Positions 26,339 to 35,916 of a stretch of DNA of 59,926 bases are shown one piece after another. Source of the stretch: an uncultured virus (IMG/VR IMGVR_UViG_3300025671_000040). Lineage: Duplodnaviria > Heunggongvirae > Uroviricota > Caudoviricetes. Location of the stretch: IMG/VR virus record IMGVR_UViG_3300025671_000040; one strand, written 5' to 3'. The notes beneath the pieces were generated by a model. That model had not been told where the DNA came from. It worked only from the letters and a program-made list of their open reading frames with translations, and did no database searches. Each line of letters starts with the position of its first letter. Within the stretch, counting starts at the first letter, position 1. The position numbers and the translations under genes were made by a program.

Positions 26339-27916
26339 TTATTGAGCACCCTCATCGGTGTCAATGGGTTCTGTAATGCTAATGCTAGGAACAAATTCCA
26401 AAGTAGCCAAAGAATCCGCTACCTTAACCATAAGTTCATCATGATCCATCTTCGTAGAGAAGTGAACATCCACGCCCTCATCTGTCTTGAAGGAGAAAAC
26501 AGGCACAGCCGAAAGCGCAGACGAAACATCAAGAGCCTCATCATCAGAGCACTTAACGTGTACCACGAAACCAGAAACAGCCTTTTCGCCCTGCTCCATT
26601 GGACGAGACATCGGAGCCTCCGTCAGATAATCCTCAACGCCAGCAATAAGCTCAAGCGTGGCTTCACGTAGTGTGCCTGCACCACGAAGCTTCAACATCT
26701 CGTTGTAAGCCATCAAAAGAAGCGCCATGGGGTCTTTGAGATACTCAGGTGTCTTTGACTCCCCGTACCCATGACCCTTTTCTTCGGTACCGCAAGAACA
26801 GCCGCCAGTAGCATCCTTTGCCTCTTCGACCTCCACACCGGCCAAGTAGTTGTTGTGAACATTGATGTTAGCATTACCATCAAAACGTTTCAGTGCCTCA
26901 AGGTACTCCTCGTGCGTGTCACAAGGAAGATAGCCACCACCATGTGAGTGGGTGCCAGAACAACCAAATGTTTTCGACCATGCTAAAGCAATATCAGGAG
27001 TCGCCCAAGTACCGTGCTCGTCCTCTGCGTCACGGATACCTTCAGGCTCTTCAGCGTCCTTCTCGTCAGGGTCCTTAACCATCATCGAAGGAGGAGCCGA
27101 ATCACCAACCGGCGTATACGACATCGTAGGCTTCACTCTCGTAGGCTTCCCAACCATGATGTTGCCTTCGTCCATTGAGAACGTGGCCATCCATGTCATG
27201 TCTTCGCCTGTCTCAAAGATTACCGAGTTTCCGTCAACACTGATAATTTTTACCGGCTTACGAAGAGCTTGAGAAAGCGCATTGCCAATCATTGATGACA
27301 TTGCGTCGGCTCTATTTGACGGCTTACCCATTCCGTTGTCATCCATATGCATTTTTGTCACTGTGCCTTCTTCATCGTCTTTTACAGAAATAGTACCGGT
27401 TAGCTGATTAGCGCCGTGTAGTACGGGAGAAATCTCGTATAGTTCAACTTCTTTAAGCATGTTTGCTTTTTGCATAGCATCGTAATCGGCGGTTAGTGTT
27501 TTGTAACCAATCGACCACTCTTGATCATTTCCATAAAATGCAACATTTGCGAACGCCTCACGACCACGCTCAGTATTGAGGTTAAACTGAACTTTTGCGT
27601 AAAGTCCGCCAATCTTAGCATTCTTCATCTTCTCAGGCAGTCTTGGATCATTTCTAGAAACTTCGTAAATCTCCAGAACCTTACCGATGGGCTGATTCCA
27701 ATCGTGGCCCCAAACAACTCGGGGCTTACGGCGCTTTAAAGATTCGTTAAAAGCCCCAGAAATAACAACATCGCCAACTGAATCGCGATTGCCAATACCT
27801 GAAACAAATGCTTCGACAATACCTTCGGCTTTATCAATGCCAATCTGGCCTGAAATGGCCTTAAAAGTGAAGTCTTCTTCCTTTTCAGATGCATTTTCCA
27901 TAACGACAGAAGTCAT
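26339..27916 (-). CDS. Prohead maturation protease (HK97 family) with long C-terminal extension
   Basis: DSVGDVVISGAF, WGHDWNQPIG, WSIGY, LKEVELYEISPVLHGAN. Confidence 0.92.
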   Translation of the reverse strand: MTSVVMENASEKEEDFTFKAISGQIGIDKAEGIVEAFVSGIGNRDSVGDVVISGAFNESLKRRKPRVVWGHDWNQPIGKVLEIYEVSRNDPRLPEKMKNAKIGGLYAKVQFNLNTERGREAFANVAFYGNDQEWSIGYKTLTADYDAMQKANMLKEVELYEISPVLHGANQLTGTISVKDDEEGTVTKMHMDDNGMGKPSNRADAMSSMIGNALSQALRKPVKIISVDGNSVIFETGEDMTWMATFSMDEGNIMVGKPTRVKPTMSYTPVGDSAPPSMMVKDPDEKDAEEPEGIRDAEDEHGTWATPDIALAWSKTFGCSGTHSHGGGYLPCDTHEEYLEALKRFDGNANINVHNNYLAGVEVEEAKDATGGCSCGTEEKGHGYGESKTPEYLKDPMALLLMAYNEMLKLRGAGTLREATLELIAGVEDYLTEAPMSRPMEQGEKAVSGFVVHVKCSDDEALDVSSALSAVPVFSFKTDEGVDVHFSTKMDHDELMVKVADSLATLEFVPSISITEPIDTDEGAQ

Positions 27917-28018
27917 GTCTCTCCTTAAGGTCTAAGAGCGCCCTGAGTATATGTTATCGGGGCGAGGGTTGTTACTTTAGCGTATTTATATAAACTGAAA
28001 AACGGGTAATTATATAAA

Positions 28019-29521
28019 CTATAGTGCAGATTCGCTAGGAACTCTTGATGCAGGAGCTTCAATATTATCAGTACCCTGCACAGTGCCAGCAGGAACAAAC
28101 CCGCCAACCTCAGGACTAAACTCAGCAACATCCTGACTAAACGCAGCAGACCTCTGCGCATCCAATGATTCACCAACACCTGCACCGGGAGCACCGCCGC
28201 CAGGAGCAATACTGGTCGGAACTGCACCGCCCTCAGCCGCCGCTGCTTCCTCCTGCTCAGCAGCAATCTCCTCCTGCGTTTTCTCAGTATTCGCAATCGG
28301 CGTCTGATTCGGGTTAGCCAACAACGAATCAGCAATATCGCCATCAACACGCTTACGGCTCACCGCTTGACGATACTCATTAACACTAATTAGACCTTGC
28401 TGGAACTCTGACAAATAGTGCATCGCCCGCTCCTGACTAGCTAAAACCAGCGTGGGAACATTACCGGTATCGAAATCAATGTAGTAAGTAGGATCAATCT
28501 TGTCGAACGATCGTGCAATCAAGTCCAAGTGCGGAGACATGGTTTCCATCCAGAAAACCTTCCCCTCTTCAGAAGCGTTAGCGAAAGTACGGTTAGAAGA
28601 GTTGCCGATAATCGACTCAGGTACACCAAATGCTGCCAAAATCTCTTCTTTGGTGATTGTTCGCATCTGGATATACGCAGCATCACGAGGACTGGCTGCA
28701 GTATCAACGAAATCTGCACCATCATCGGCGGAAATTACACCTACAGCGCCTGCTCTACCGATATTGCCACGGAAACGGGAACGTAACTCCTCTTTATCCT
28801 CGTCAGCGATCTCGCTGCGTAGAACAAGTAGACCGCCGGGACGACCGTCGTTAATCAAGAAGTTCCTGTTGTAGATTTTAGCCAAACTTTCGACTTCGAT
28901 AGCAACCCCAGAAGCTTCCATTGGGGTCATCGACAAGTAAGGATCCAAAGGATGCGGACGGCGAATCCAGATGACATTCTCTGGACGCAACGTACGCTTC
29001 TCATGTGCACTAATCTTGACTTCAAAACCCTTCACAAACTTCTGAACATCAGGAATAGGTGACGTATTCTGAGGCGGCAAAAGGTGAAGCGCAATGGGTA
29101 CACCACCTCTACCTCGTACAACCTCAACAAAAACACCACGACTACTCATGAGAAGCTGAGCAGACAAACGATACCTAAACGCAAACGCATTCTCGCCCTG
29201 GTTGGCAGTGTTATTGAAGATTTTCAACAAATCAGCGTCTTGGACAATCTCACCAAAGGGATTGTTGTCTTTGCGTAAAATCATGGGAAGGCGTGCTTGG
29301 TTTGAAGCGATCACATCAATGCTTCTAAACACCCAAGTGACCTTAGCGACGCCCTCTTTATAAGCCTTAACAATGTCCCACCCATCATGATAACCACGAT
29401 TATCCGCCAAAGAAGGGCTGTACGAAACTGGGGCGCCAACAGAAATAGGAGCAGCTTTCTGCTCCTCTGGCCCTACAGCAATGTTGCGAAGTGATTTGTT
29501 AGATGTGGAATTCCATGCCAT
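28019..29521 (-). CDS. Portal protein, HK97 family
   Basis: WVFRSIDVIASNQARLP, NDGRPGGLL, EEILAAFGVPESIIG..TFANA, ISVNEYRQ. Confidence 0.93.
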   Translation of the reverse strand: MAWNSTSNKSLRNIAVGPEEQKAAPISVGAPVSYSPSLADNRGYHDGWDIVKAYKEGVAKVTWVFRSIDVIASNQARLPMILRKDNNPFGEIVQDADLLKIFNNTANQGENAFAFRYRLSAQLLMSSRGVFVEVVRGRGGVPIALHLLPPQNTSPIPDVQKFVKGFEVKISAHEKRTLRPENVIWIRRPHPLDPYLSMTPMEASGVAIEVESLAKIYNRNFLINDGRPGGLLVLRSEIADEDKEELRSRFRGNIGRAGAVGVISADDGADFVDTAASPRDAAYIQMRTITKEEILAAFGVPESIIGNSSNRTFANASEEGKVFWMETMSPHLDLIARSFDKIDPTYYIDFDTGNVPTLVLASQERAMHYLSEFQQGLISVNEYRQAVSRKRVDGDIADSLLANPNQTPIANTEKTQEEIAAEQEEAAAAEGGAVPTSIAPGGGAPGAGVGESLDAQRSAAFSQDVAEFSPEVGGFVPAGTVQGTDNIEAPASRVPSESAL

Positions 29522-29679
29522 TATTCAGCCCCTAAGAGATACCCATAAATACCGCACGCAAGGCCAGCACTTGCCAAACCCCACCCTAAACTTAGTATAC
29601 TAAGACCAAGCCCAATTAGAATCACAGAAAAACACATAAGTAGATGGGCGCACGTTGATCGGCTAAAAAAATTCATCAT
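29521..29679 (-). CDS. Small two-helix membrane protein upstream of portal (52 aa)
   Basis: Hand translation MMNFFSRSTCAHLLMCFSVILIGLGLSILSLGWGLASAGLACGIYGYLLGAE; TAATG overlap with the portal start. Confidence 0.7.
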   Translation of the reverse strand: MMNFFSRSTCAHLLMCFSVILIGLGLSILSLGWGLASAGLACGIYGYLLGAE

Positions 29680-29720
29680 GTTTATACTTTACAGCTAAAT
29701 AGTCAAGGATTCAAGCAGAT

Positions 29721-31037
29721 ATGTCTAACGAAGCTCCAGACTGGAACAAAATTCGGCAATACCTAGAACCAAAACGTTCCGAATATTGGATCGAAGAACC
29801 GTCGATGACACAAAAAGTCTTCCTAAAAAGCACTGCACAAGAAGTTCTCTTCGGTGGAGCCGCAGGCGGTGGAAAATCTAGTGCTCTAATCATGGCAGCC
29901 CTACAATACGTAGACGTACCCGGTTACAGCGCAATCCTGTTTAGGCGTACATACGCTGACCTTGCACTACCCGGCGCCCTCATGGACCGCTTCAGAGACT
30001 GGACTATGCAATACGACGACGTTCACTGGAATGCCAACAGCTACACAGCAACTTTCCCTAGCGGTGCAAGAGTCACATTCGGTTACCTCAACAACGTCAA
30101 CGACTACCTCAGATACAAGGGTTCGGAATTCCAATTCATCGGAATGGACGAGGTAACAGAAATTAGAGAATCTGACTACCGTTACATGTTCTCTCGTCTT
30201 CGTCGTCCAGCATCAGGACCGCTAGCTCAAGTACCGCTGAGAATGCGGGCAGCTACAAACCCTGCACCTAACTGGGTCAGACAGCGATTCCTTGTTGAAG
30301 GAAAAAATCGTGGACGAATCTTTATTCCTTCGATGCTGACCGATAACCCTGGTATTGATCCGGCTTCTTACCGTGCAGTTTTGCAGGAGCTAGATCCTGT
30401 TGAAAGAAAACGTTTGGAGTTTGGTGACTGGTGGTCAACTGCTTTAGGATCACTTTTCAACCGTGAAAGTTTTGAGGTTATCGACCATAACGAGATCCCA
30501 TCATTCTCGAACGATACACAAATCGTCAGATTCTGGGACCTCGCTGGCTCAGAACCAACACAATCAAACCCGGACCCTGACTGGACCGTTGGCTGTCTCG
30601 GAGCGTTTGACAATGGCGTGTTCTATATCTTGGATATCCGTAGAATTAGGGCGAAGGGCGATAAAGTTGAAAAGTTCATTAGAGCCACCGCTGCGGAAGA
30701 TGGTCCCGAAATCCCGATCATGATGGAGCAAGAGCCAGGGTCTGCAGGTAAAAACCTTATTGACCAATACGCTAGATATGTGCTACCCGGCTATGACTTC
30801 AAAGGCCAACGCGCTACTGGTGATAAAGTCACCAGAGCCAAGCCACTTGCGGCAGCTGTAGCCAACGGAAATGTTCGCCTTATGATGGCAGAGTGGAACA
30901 CAGACTTTTTGGACGAAATCTCTTCGTTCCCGGAAGCACGAGTACACGACGATCAAGTTGACGCTGCAGTACACGCTTTCAACTATTGTGCAGGACTTGG
31001 TATGGGGCGTCGCAAAAAGATTGAGATTATAATCTGA
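29721..31037 (+). CDS. terL: Terminase large subunit
   Basis: Walker A GGAAGGGKS, Walker B FIGMDE, ATNP, nuclease WDLAG and HDDQVDA. Confidence 0.93.
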   Translation: MSNEAPDWNKIRQYLEPKRSEYWIEEPSMTQKVFLKSTAQEVLFGGAAGGGKSSALIMAALQYVDVPGYSAILFRRTYADLALPGALMDRFRDWTMQYDDVHWNANSYTATFPSGARVTFGYLNNVNDYLRYKGSEFQFIGMDEVTEIRESDYRYMFSRLRRPASGPLAQVPLRMRAATNPAPNWVRQRFLVEGKNRGRIFIPSMLTDNPGIDPASYRAVLQELDPVERKRLEFGDWWSTALGSLFNRESFEVIDHNEIPSFSNDTQIVRFWDLAGSEPTQSNPDPDWTVGCLGAFDNGVFYILDIRRIRAKGDKVEKFIRATAAEDGPEIPIMMEQEPGSAGKNLIDQYARYVLPGYDFKGQRATGDKVTRAKPLAAAVANGNVRLMMAEWNTDFLDEISSFPEARVHDDQVDAAVHAFNYCAGLGMGRRKKIEIII

Positions 31038-31979
31038 CTAAGCGTCTCTTACCGCATTAAAGACATTTACTTTAAGCCGATGACTGAAGTTGTCTAACTC
31101 TAACGAGTGCTGTGCTGCTTCAATCGGTGGAATATCTCTGTGGAAATCTATGTATTCCGTAATAGCGTTATACGCCGCCCACTTCGTTTCACCGAACCGG
31201 CCAAGATTATGAGGCTGACGGTAAATAGTATTGATCTTCTCGTGCACATCTTCAGCGTTGGAACGCTTCTTAGCAGAAGAAGCTCCTTGAGTGGACCAGA
31301 ACTTTTCCATCACCTTGAACATTTTATCAGCAGACATGTGAGAAGATGTAAACTCGCTGATGATAAGGTCAAGCTTCTCCGACCAAATCTGACGCATCGT
31401 GAGAGCTTCTGTCGCATCCATAGGATCAATCGTCTCATTCGGTGTGTGTCGCTTACGCAAACTAAAATCTGCATCAGCAGAAAAACGATAAACAGAATTT
31501 GTTTCAGCCCGAACATCTAGGTTGTAATAGCAAATAGGGATACTGCCATCGTGGGAAGTAATGACAACGATATAGTTATCTACAGAATCCTCACCCATGG
31601 TAGACAGGATCTTTGTGCTACTATGCTTAACGGCCACGAAAAACTTACGACCTTCCTCAAGCACCCCGCAACTATGCAAAGAGGCTGCGCCGTTTGCTTT
31701 TGCCACGATATCTCTAGCTCTATCTAAAATGCTAGAGTTGGGTACAACCGAGTAACGTTCTTTCACGACCTCCCACATGATGCGGTGAGTCTGATCCAAA
31801 CTAACTCGGTTAATGATAAAGCGGTTAGGGAACGTGGCGATCTTGCCCATAACGTCGTCATGCATCAAGACCGGGCTTAGTGTAACAGTATAGTCGCCTT
31901 TGGACTTGAGTAAAATCTCGTTGTTCGATTGCTCAGACGAAATCCTAGTCCCAAGGTCAAGCCATGACTTATCGCTCAT
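31038..31979 (-). CDS. DUF932/DUF945-family phage/plasmid protein
   Basis: VVKERYSVVPN, CGVLEEGRKFFV, YIVVITSHDGS, TKWAAYNAITEYIDF; real start MSDKSW at 31979. Confidence 0.75.
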   Translation of the reverse strand: MSDKSWLDLGTRISSEQSNNEILLKSKGDYTVTLSPVLMHDDVMGKIATFPNRFIINRVSLDQTHRIMWEVVKERYSVVPNSSILDRARDIVAKANGAASLHSCGVLEEGRKFFVAVKHSSTKILSTMGEDSVDNYIVVITSHDGSIPICYYNLDVRAETNSVYRFSADADFSLRKRHTPNETIDPMDATEALTMRQIWSEKLDLIISEFTSSHMSADKMFKVMEKFWSTQGASSAKKRSNAEDVHEKINTIYRQPHNLGRFGETKWAAYNAITEYIDFHRDIPPIEAAQHSLELDNFSHRLKVNVFNAVRDA

Positions 31980-32112
31980 ATCCGGACCCCGGCTCAGACG
32001 AAATCCTAGTCCCAAGGTCAAGCCATGACTTATCGCTCATATCCGGACCCCGGCTCAGACGAAATCCTAGTCCCAAGGTCAAGCCATGACTTATCGCTCA
32101 TCCCCGGACCCC
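31931..32112. repeat. 61-bp tandem repeat, ~3 copies, spanning the mazG stop / DUF932 start junction
   Basis: Unit gctcagacgaaatcctagtcccaaggtcaagccatgacttatcgctcatatccggaccccg starting at 31931, 31992 and 32053. Confidence 0.95.
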
Positions 32113-32441
32113 TGAATCACGTTCCGATCGTATCGGTCAAAAAGCTTTTCGATATTTTCTTTAGCAATGTCGTTGAGATCAATACCAAGCTCCCAGGCGA
32201 GCACGGCAGCATACCAAAGCACATCACCGATTTCTTTACTGATAGCAGAGCGGAATACCGAATCAGTATAGTCCCCGTCACTGTCTCTAATGTGCTTCTT
32301 TACCTTGTCAGCAACTTCGCCTGCTTCGCTAGCGAGACCAAGAGTCAGGTACTCAACCGCTGATTCCTTCGGATAAATAGCGGTCGTCTTAGCACCAACC
32401 TGATACGCATTAAATTCCATTCCCATTTTATCTCCTGTCAC
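32091..32441 (-). CDS. mazG: MazG-like nucleoside triphosphate pyrophosphohydrolase
   Basis: LGLASEAGEVADKVKK..KEIGDVLWY..NIEKL..R..RNVIQGSGD. Confidence 0.88.
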   Translation of the reverse strand: MTGDKMGMEFNAYQVGAKTTAIYPKESAVEYLTLGLASEAGEVADKVKKHIRDSDGDYTDSVFRSAISKEIGDVLWYAAVLAWELGIDLNDIAKENIEKLFDRYDRNVIQGSGDER

Positions 32442-32965
32442 AGCGACTCGGGATCGCCCGTCGGTCGCTCAATCTTAACGCTCTCTCCTGTTGCCGATTC
32501 AATCGGCACCCAGGCAGGCGAATACTTATGTGCTTTAATCTTACGCATCTTGATTAAAGAACCTTCCATGAGCAACATAAACTCATCATCATCTAAGCCT
32601 AGCTGATCTTGGAAATCTTCACCATCAATATCGTTATCTAAAAACAACTCTCGCAAAAGCTCTGACAAGAACTTATTGACTACAACGCCACGGTTCCGGT
32701 TCAGGTTCACGTGGAGTATCGCTGCCTCAACATCATCCACGTCTACCTTTACAATAGGGACTTCTTCTAGCTCTAGAAGCTTAGCAATCTCCCAACGATG
32801 GAACCCATCAATGATACATGCAGTAGATGCTTGACATACAATTGGTTGAAGTATGCCAAACTTTTCAACAGAGGTACGCAATCTATTGAAGTCCGGTGAA
32901 ACAACATAGTTCACTGAACCCCAAAAAGAAGGCTGCAATTTATTTGGAGAAACTGAAATGTACAT
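32438..32965 (-). CDS. ParB/Srx-like N-terminal domain protein (IbrB-like)
   Basis: SVEKFGILQPIV, IIDGFHRW, LNRNRG. Confidence 0.82.
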   Translation of the reverse strand: MYISVSPNKLQPSFWGSVNYVVSPDFNRLRTSVEKFGILQPIVCQASTACIIDGFHRWEIAKLLELEEVPIVKVDVDDVEAAILHVNLNRNRGVVVNKFLSELLRELFLDNDIDGEDFQDQLGLDDDEFMLLMEGSLIKMRKIKAHKYSPAWVPIESATGESVKIERPTGDPESL

Positions 32966-32969
32966 TTAC

Positions 32970-34139
32970 TTAACTTAACCTAAAATCGTCGTGCAAGTCA
33001 AGGCTATCGGCATCAGCTATATCTTGATAGAGAGCCTGCATCCTCTTCTTGTGTGCAATCGTTTGCGGACCAACTGGGGAAGGGTTCCCCACAACGGAAT
33101 TCAGAAGCAAGGTTCGAACTAGATGATCAATCGGATATGCAAAAGGGTCTTTCTTATGTGATGTTCTAAACTTATCTGCAAAAGAAAAAGCTAGACGCTT
33201 ATAGTCGGCATCAATAAAATGCATTTCGATACATTCCTTAACGCCATCCCACCCATCTGCAACAAAATCATCTATGAGCGCTTCTATATCGTACTCTCCC
33301 CAGAGCTGACGCTGAGTATCTATCTCAGGGAACGTTTCAACTAGCCGATCGTAAAACTCTGGCTCGGTCTTGATTACGTCAGTCAACCTTCTAGCTGCAG
33401 TAGAAAACAAGGGCGTACCAACTCGTTGATTTGCTCCACCCAACATAGCGTAATCATAGTACTTGCAATAAGGAGCACCATGCTCTTCTGTGATAAACTT
33501 AAGAACATCATCAGAAGTCCAATCGTATAGAACTTTTGCAAACCGTAGTGGAATTGACTTGGGTAAACCCTGAGGACGATTGATGTAATTTTCGTGAAGC
33601 TTCTGAGTAACAGATCGGTACCGGACCATTGACTCATTCGCCCTTACTCCGGTAATAAACGCAGTTCGGCCACGCTTGCCCTGCATTGTATACTCATCTA
33701 TTCGTTTAGGGAGGGGTAGATTACCAGACAATCCAAAATGCTCGGCCCGAATAGAGTTTGGCGGAAAGTCCCGGACCAGCAAGCCACACTCTTCCCTAAA
33801 CGCCGACCACAACAAAACTAGCTCACGGGTACCCATGGACCAAACTTCTTGCAGCTGAGGGAGACAGTACCATTCCATGTCAACCCAATCGTAGTTACTT
33901 ACTTCAGTAACAAACTCTTCTGCTGCAGGAGAAATGATCTCTTCGTCACGGAAAATCGTTTTGACAGGTCCAAGCCCACGCTCTTCATGAACCTCTTTCG
34001 CAAGATACAGCGCAGCCGTACTGTCTTTACCGCCACTAAACTGAACGCAAACTGTATCAAAGATATCATAAACGTGACGAATTCGCTGCCTAGCAGCCTC
34101 TACACAATTTATATCCAAATACATTTGCTTACGAGGCAC
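32970..34139 (-). CDS. PAPS reductase-family PP-loop protein (IbrA/YbdN-like)
   Basis: VQFSGGKDS, FRDEE, ITGVRANES, LYDWTSDDV, RVGTP. Confidence 0.85.
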   Translation of the reverse strand: MPRKQMYLDINCVEAARQRIRHVYDIFDTVCVQFSGGKDSTAALYLAKEVHEERGLGPVKTIFRDEEIISPAAEEFVTEVSNYDWVDMEWYCLPQLQEVWSMGTRELVLLWSAFREECGLLVRDFPPNSIRAEHFGLSGNLPLPKRIDEYTMQGKRGRTAFITGVRANESMVRYRSVTQKLHENYINRPQGLPKSIPLRFAKVLYDWTSDDVLKFITEEHGAPYCKYYDYAMLGGANQRVGTPLFSTAARRLTDVIKTEPEFYDRLVETFPEIDTQRQLWGEYDIEALIDDFVADGWDGVKECIEMHFIDADYKRLAFSFADKFRTSHKKDPFAYPIDHLVRTLLLNSVVGNPSPVGPQTIAHKKRMQALYQDIADADSLDLHDDFRLS

Positions 34140-34144
34140 GAGAC

Positions 34145-34927
34145 TTACTCCAGATGCTGGTCAAAGAAATCAAACAAAAGTTCTGTCGTTGTAGCGCCTT
34201 CGTACACAGGACTCTCCTTCAACTTGTGAAGAATGCGGTACCAGCCCGCCTGTTGATCGGTGTTCTCGAAAACAAGAGTAAACTGAATAGCGACGTTCTT
34301 GCTACCAGCCGCACCGACTGTGGTGCTTCCTTGAGTCACAATCGTATCAGTGCTTACACCTTCAGGGTTGAACGTTTGAGTTGGGGCCTCATCTGTACTG
34401 TCACTCACGAAAGCAGGAACGTTGTTCTCTTCAGGAACCCTGTTTACCGTGATCTCTGGGGCAGTCCAACCGTCATTAGGCGCACTTGATACCTGCGAAG
34501 AAATTACATTGTTTTCAATCGTGGCAATCGAAAAATCGTCCCAACCAAGGGTGCTGTAAAAATCTTCGTCCAAGCTAACAGCATCCGATAGCAAGTCGAT
34601 AAGAGCGCTTTCATCAGTCTCACCAAGCTCAGAAATCCTATTGTCTGCCAGCGAGAAAGCAAGAGCGTCTTCTGAATCTAAATCAACGATGGACACAGCA
34701 ATTTCTTGCCAACCTAAACGCTTAGCAGCTTCTAACTGATGATTGCCAGCGATAACTAAAAGTTTATCGCCATCCTCTACGGCCACAATGGGCTTCACTT
34801 GTCCAAACTTGTTGTAAGACGCCATGATTGCATCAACATTACCACGACGTGCGTTAACCTCAAGAGGCTTCAGTAGCTCAATGTCTACAGCCAACGACTG
34901 AATATTTGAAGCGATGTTATGGATCAT
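34145..34927 (-). CDS. ParB-like N-terminal domain protein of the type fused or linked to phage DNA-modification enzymes
   Basis: NARRGNVDAI..S..KFGQVKPIV..VIAGNHQLEAAKRLGW..LADNRISELG; ATGA overlap with the upstream gene. Confidence 0.82.
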   Translation of the reverse strand: MIHNIASNIQSLAVDIELLKPLEVNARRGNVDAIMASYNKFGQVKPIVAVEDGDKLLVIAGNHQLEAAKRLGWQEIAVSIVDLDSEDALAFSLADNRISELGETDESALIDLLSDAVSLDEDFYSTLGWDDFSIATIENNVISSQVSSAPNDGWTAPEITVNRVPEENNVPAFVSDSTDEAPTQTFNPEGVSTDTIVTQGSTTVGAAGSKNVAIQFTLVFENTDQQAGWYRILHKLKESPVYEGATTTELLFDFFDQHLE

Positions 34928-35547
34928 GACGGCGCATACCCCATAACTGCACATTGCCACCACCAGTACCCGACCGTAGGCCAGCGCATGTTTGTGCGTG
35001 AGTCATACCAATCATGTCGGTTGCCGGGTAGGTCCCGCTCAATGTAAGGAGAGTAAACCTGTACATTCTCGAAGTGTGTATTCATGACCAGCTCTAAGCG
35101 ATCTTCATAGCAATTCCAATGGTGCGCTGCTCCATCCCACCACTCCGGCGGAGTCTTAGTAAGATATTGACCATCGTCGGACATGTGATAAATTTGCGAG
35201 TCAACATCCTGATGCTCCATCGTAGAAACAACCATGTCCCAAGGCTCTAGTTTCTCAGCCCACCGCTTAATACACTTATGAACATCAGGACCGACAGCAA
35301 GGACCGGGGCACCCGGCTTAGCGATGCGAACCATATCTGTCAAAAAGACACCCAGCTTCGGCCACGCAATATGCTCAAGCACATGGCCGAGATAGATCGC
35401 ATCAAATGTGTCATCCTCAAACGGATACGGTTCATCCATCTTTACCAAAACATCAGGTGTTGTGGAATGATCTTCCCACACATCTGTGTTGACCCATCCG
35501 TCGATATAGTGGGTACCGCACCCCACATTGAGTAACTGCTTTTCCAT
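34924..35547 (-). CDS. Class I SAM-dependent methyltransferase
   Basis: LNVGCGT..GWVNTD; YPFEDDTFDAIYLGHVLEHI; RIAKPGA. Confidence 0.85.
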   Translation of the reverse strand: MEKQLLNVGCGTHYIDGWVNTDVWEDHSTTPDVLVKMDEPYPFEDDTFDAIYLGHVLEHIAWPKLGVFLTDMVRIAKPGAPVLAVGPDVHKCIKRWAEKLEPWDMVVSTMEHQDVDSQIYHMSDDGQYLTKTPPEWWDGAAHHWNCYEDRLELVMNTHFENVQVYSPYIERDLPGNRHDWYDSRTNMRWPTVGYWWWQCAVMGYAPS

Positions 35548-35556
35548 AGTGTTCTC

Positions 35557-35907
35557 CTAAAACTTTACTTGCGATCTGACATTTGCTGCAATCGTGCGCA
35601 AGGCATCGCAGGCAGTGCGTAATGAATGAAGACGTTCACGCTTCGCTTTAACCAACGCTTCAGCGATCATAGAATCGTACTGAAGATCGCTTGTCTTGTA
35701 ACCCGCCCAGCTTTCTTTCTGCTTCACGGCACCTTCCGCTGCTAGATATTCCTTATACCAAGCGCTCTTGTAAGACGCTTCTTTTTGGGCATGATCCTTG
35801 CACAGGATCTCAAATGCTTCAGTTTCTTGCTCAATTTCACCAATCAAGCGGACAAGTTCAGACTCAACTTCAACCTGACTGATTGGCGCAGTTCTCGTAC
35901 TATTCAT
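35557..35907 (-). CDS. Helical hypothetical protein (possibly UvsY-like recombination mediator)
   Basis: Coiled-coil character; TAGAAT-6-ATG; function speculative. Confidence 0.55.
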   Translation of the reverse strand: MNSTRTAPISQVEVESELVRLIGEIEQETEAFEILCKDHAQKEASYKSAWYKEYLAAEGAVKQKESWAGYKTSDLQYDSMIAEALVKAKRERLHSLRTACDALRTIAANVRSQVKF

Positions 35908-35916
35908 GTCGCTATT

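Noticed and set aside
31931..32112. 61-bp repeats as a CRISPR array
   Set aside because: Units are contiguous with no unique spacers, derive from coding sequence, and no cas operon is present.
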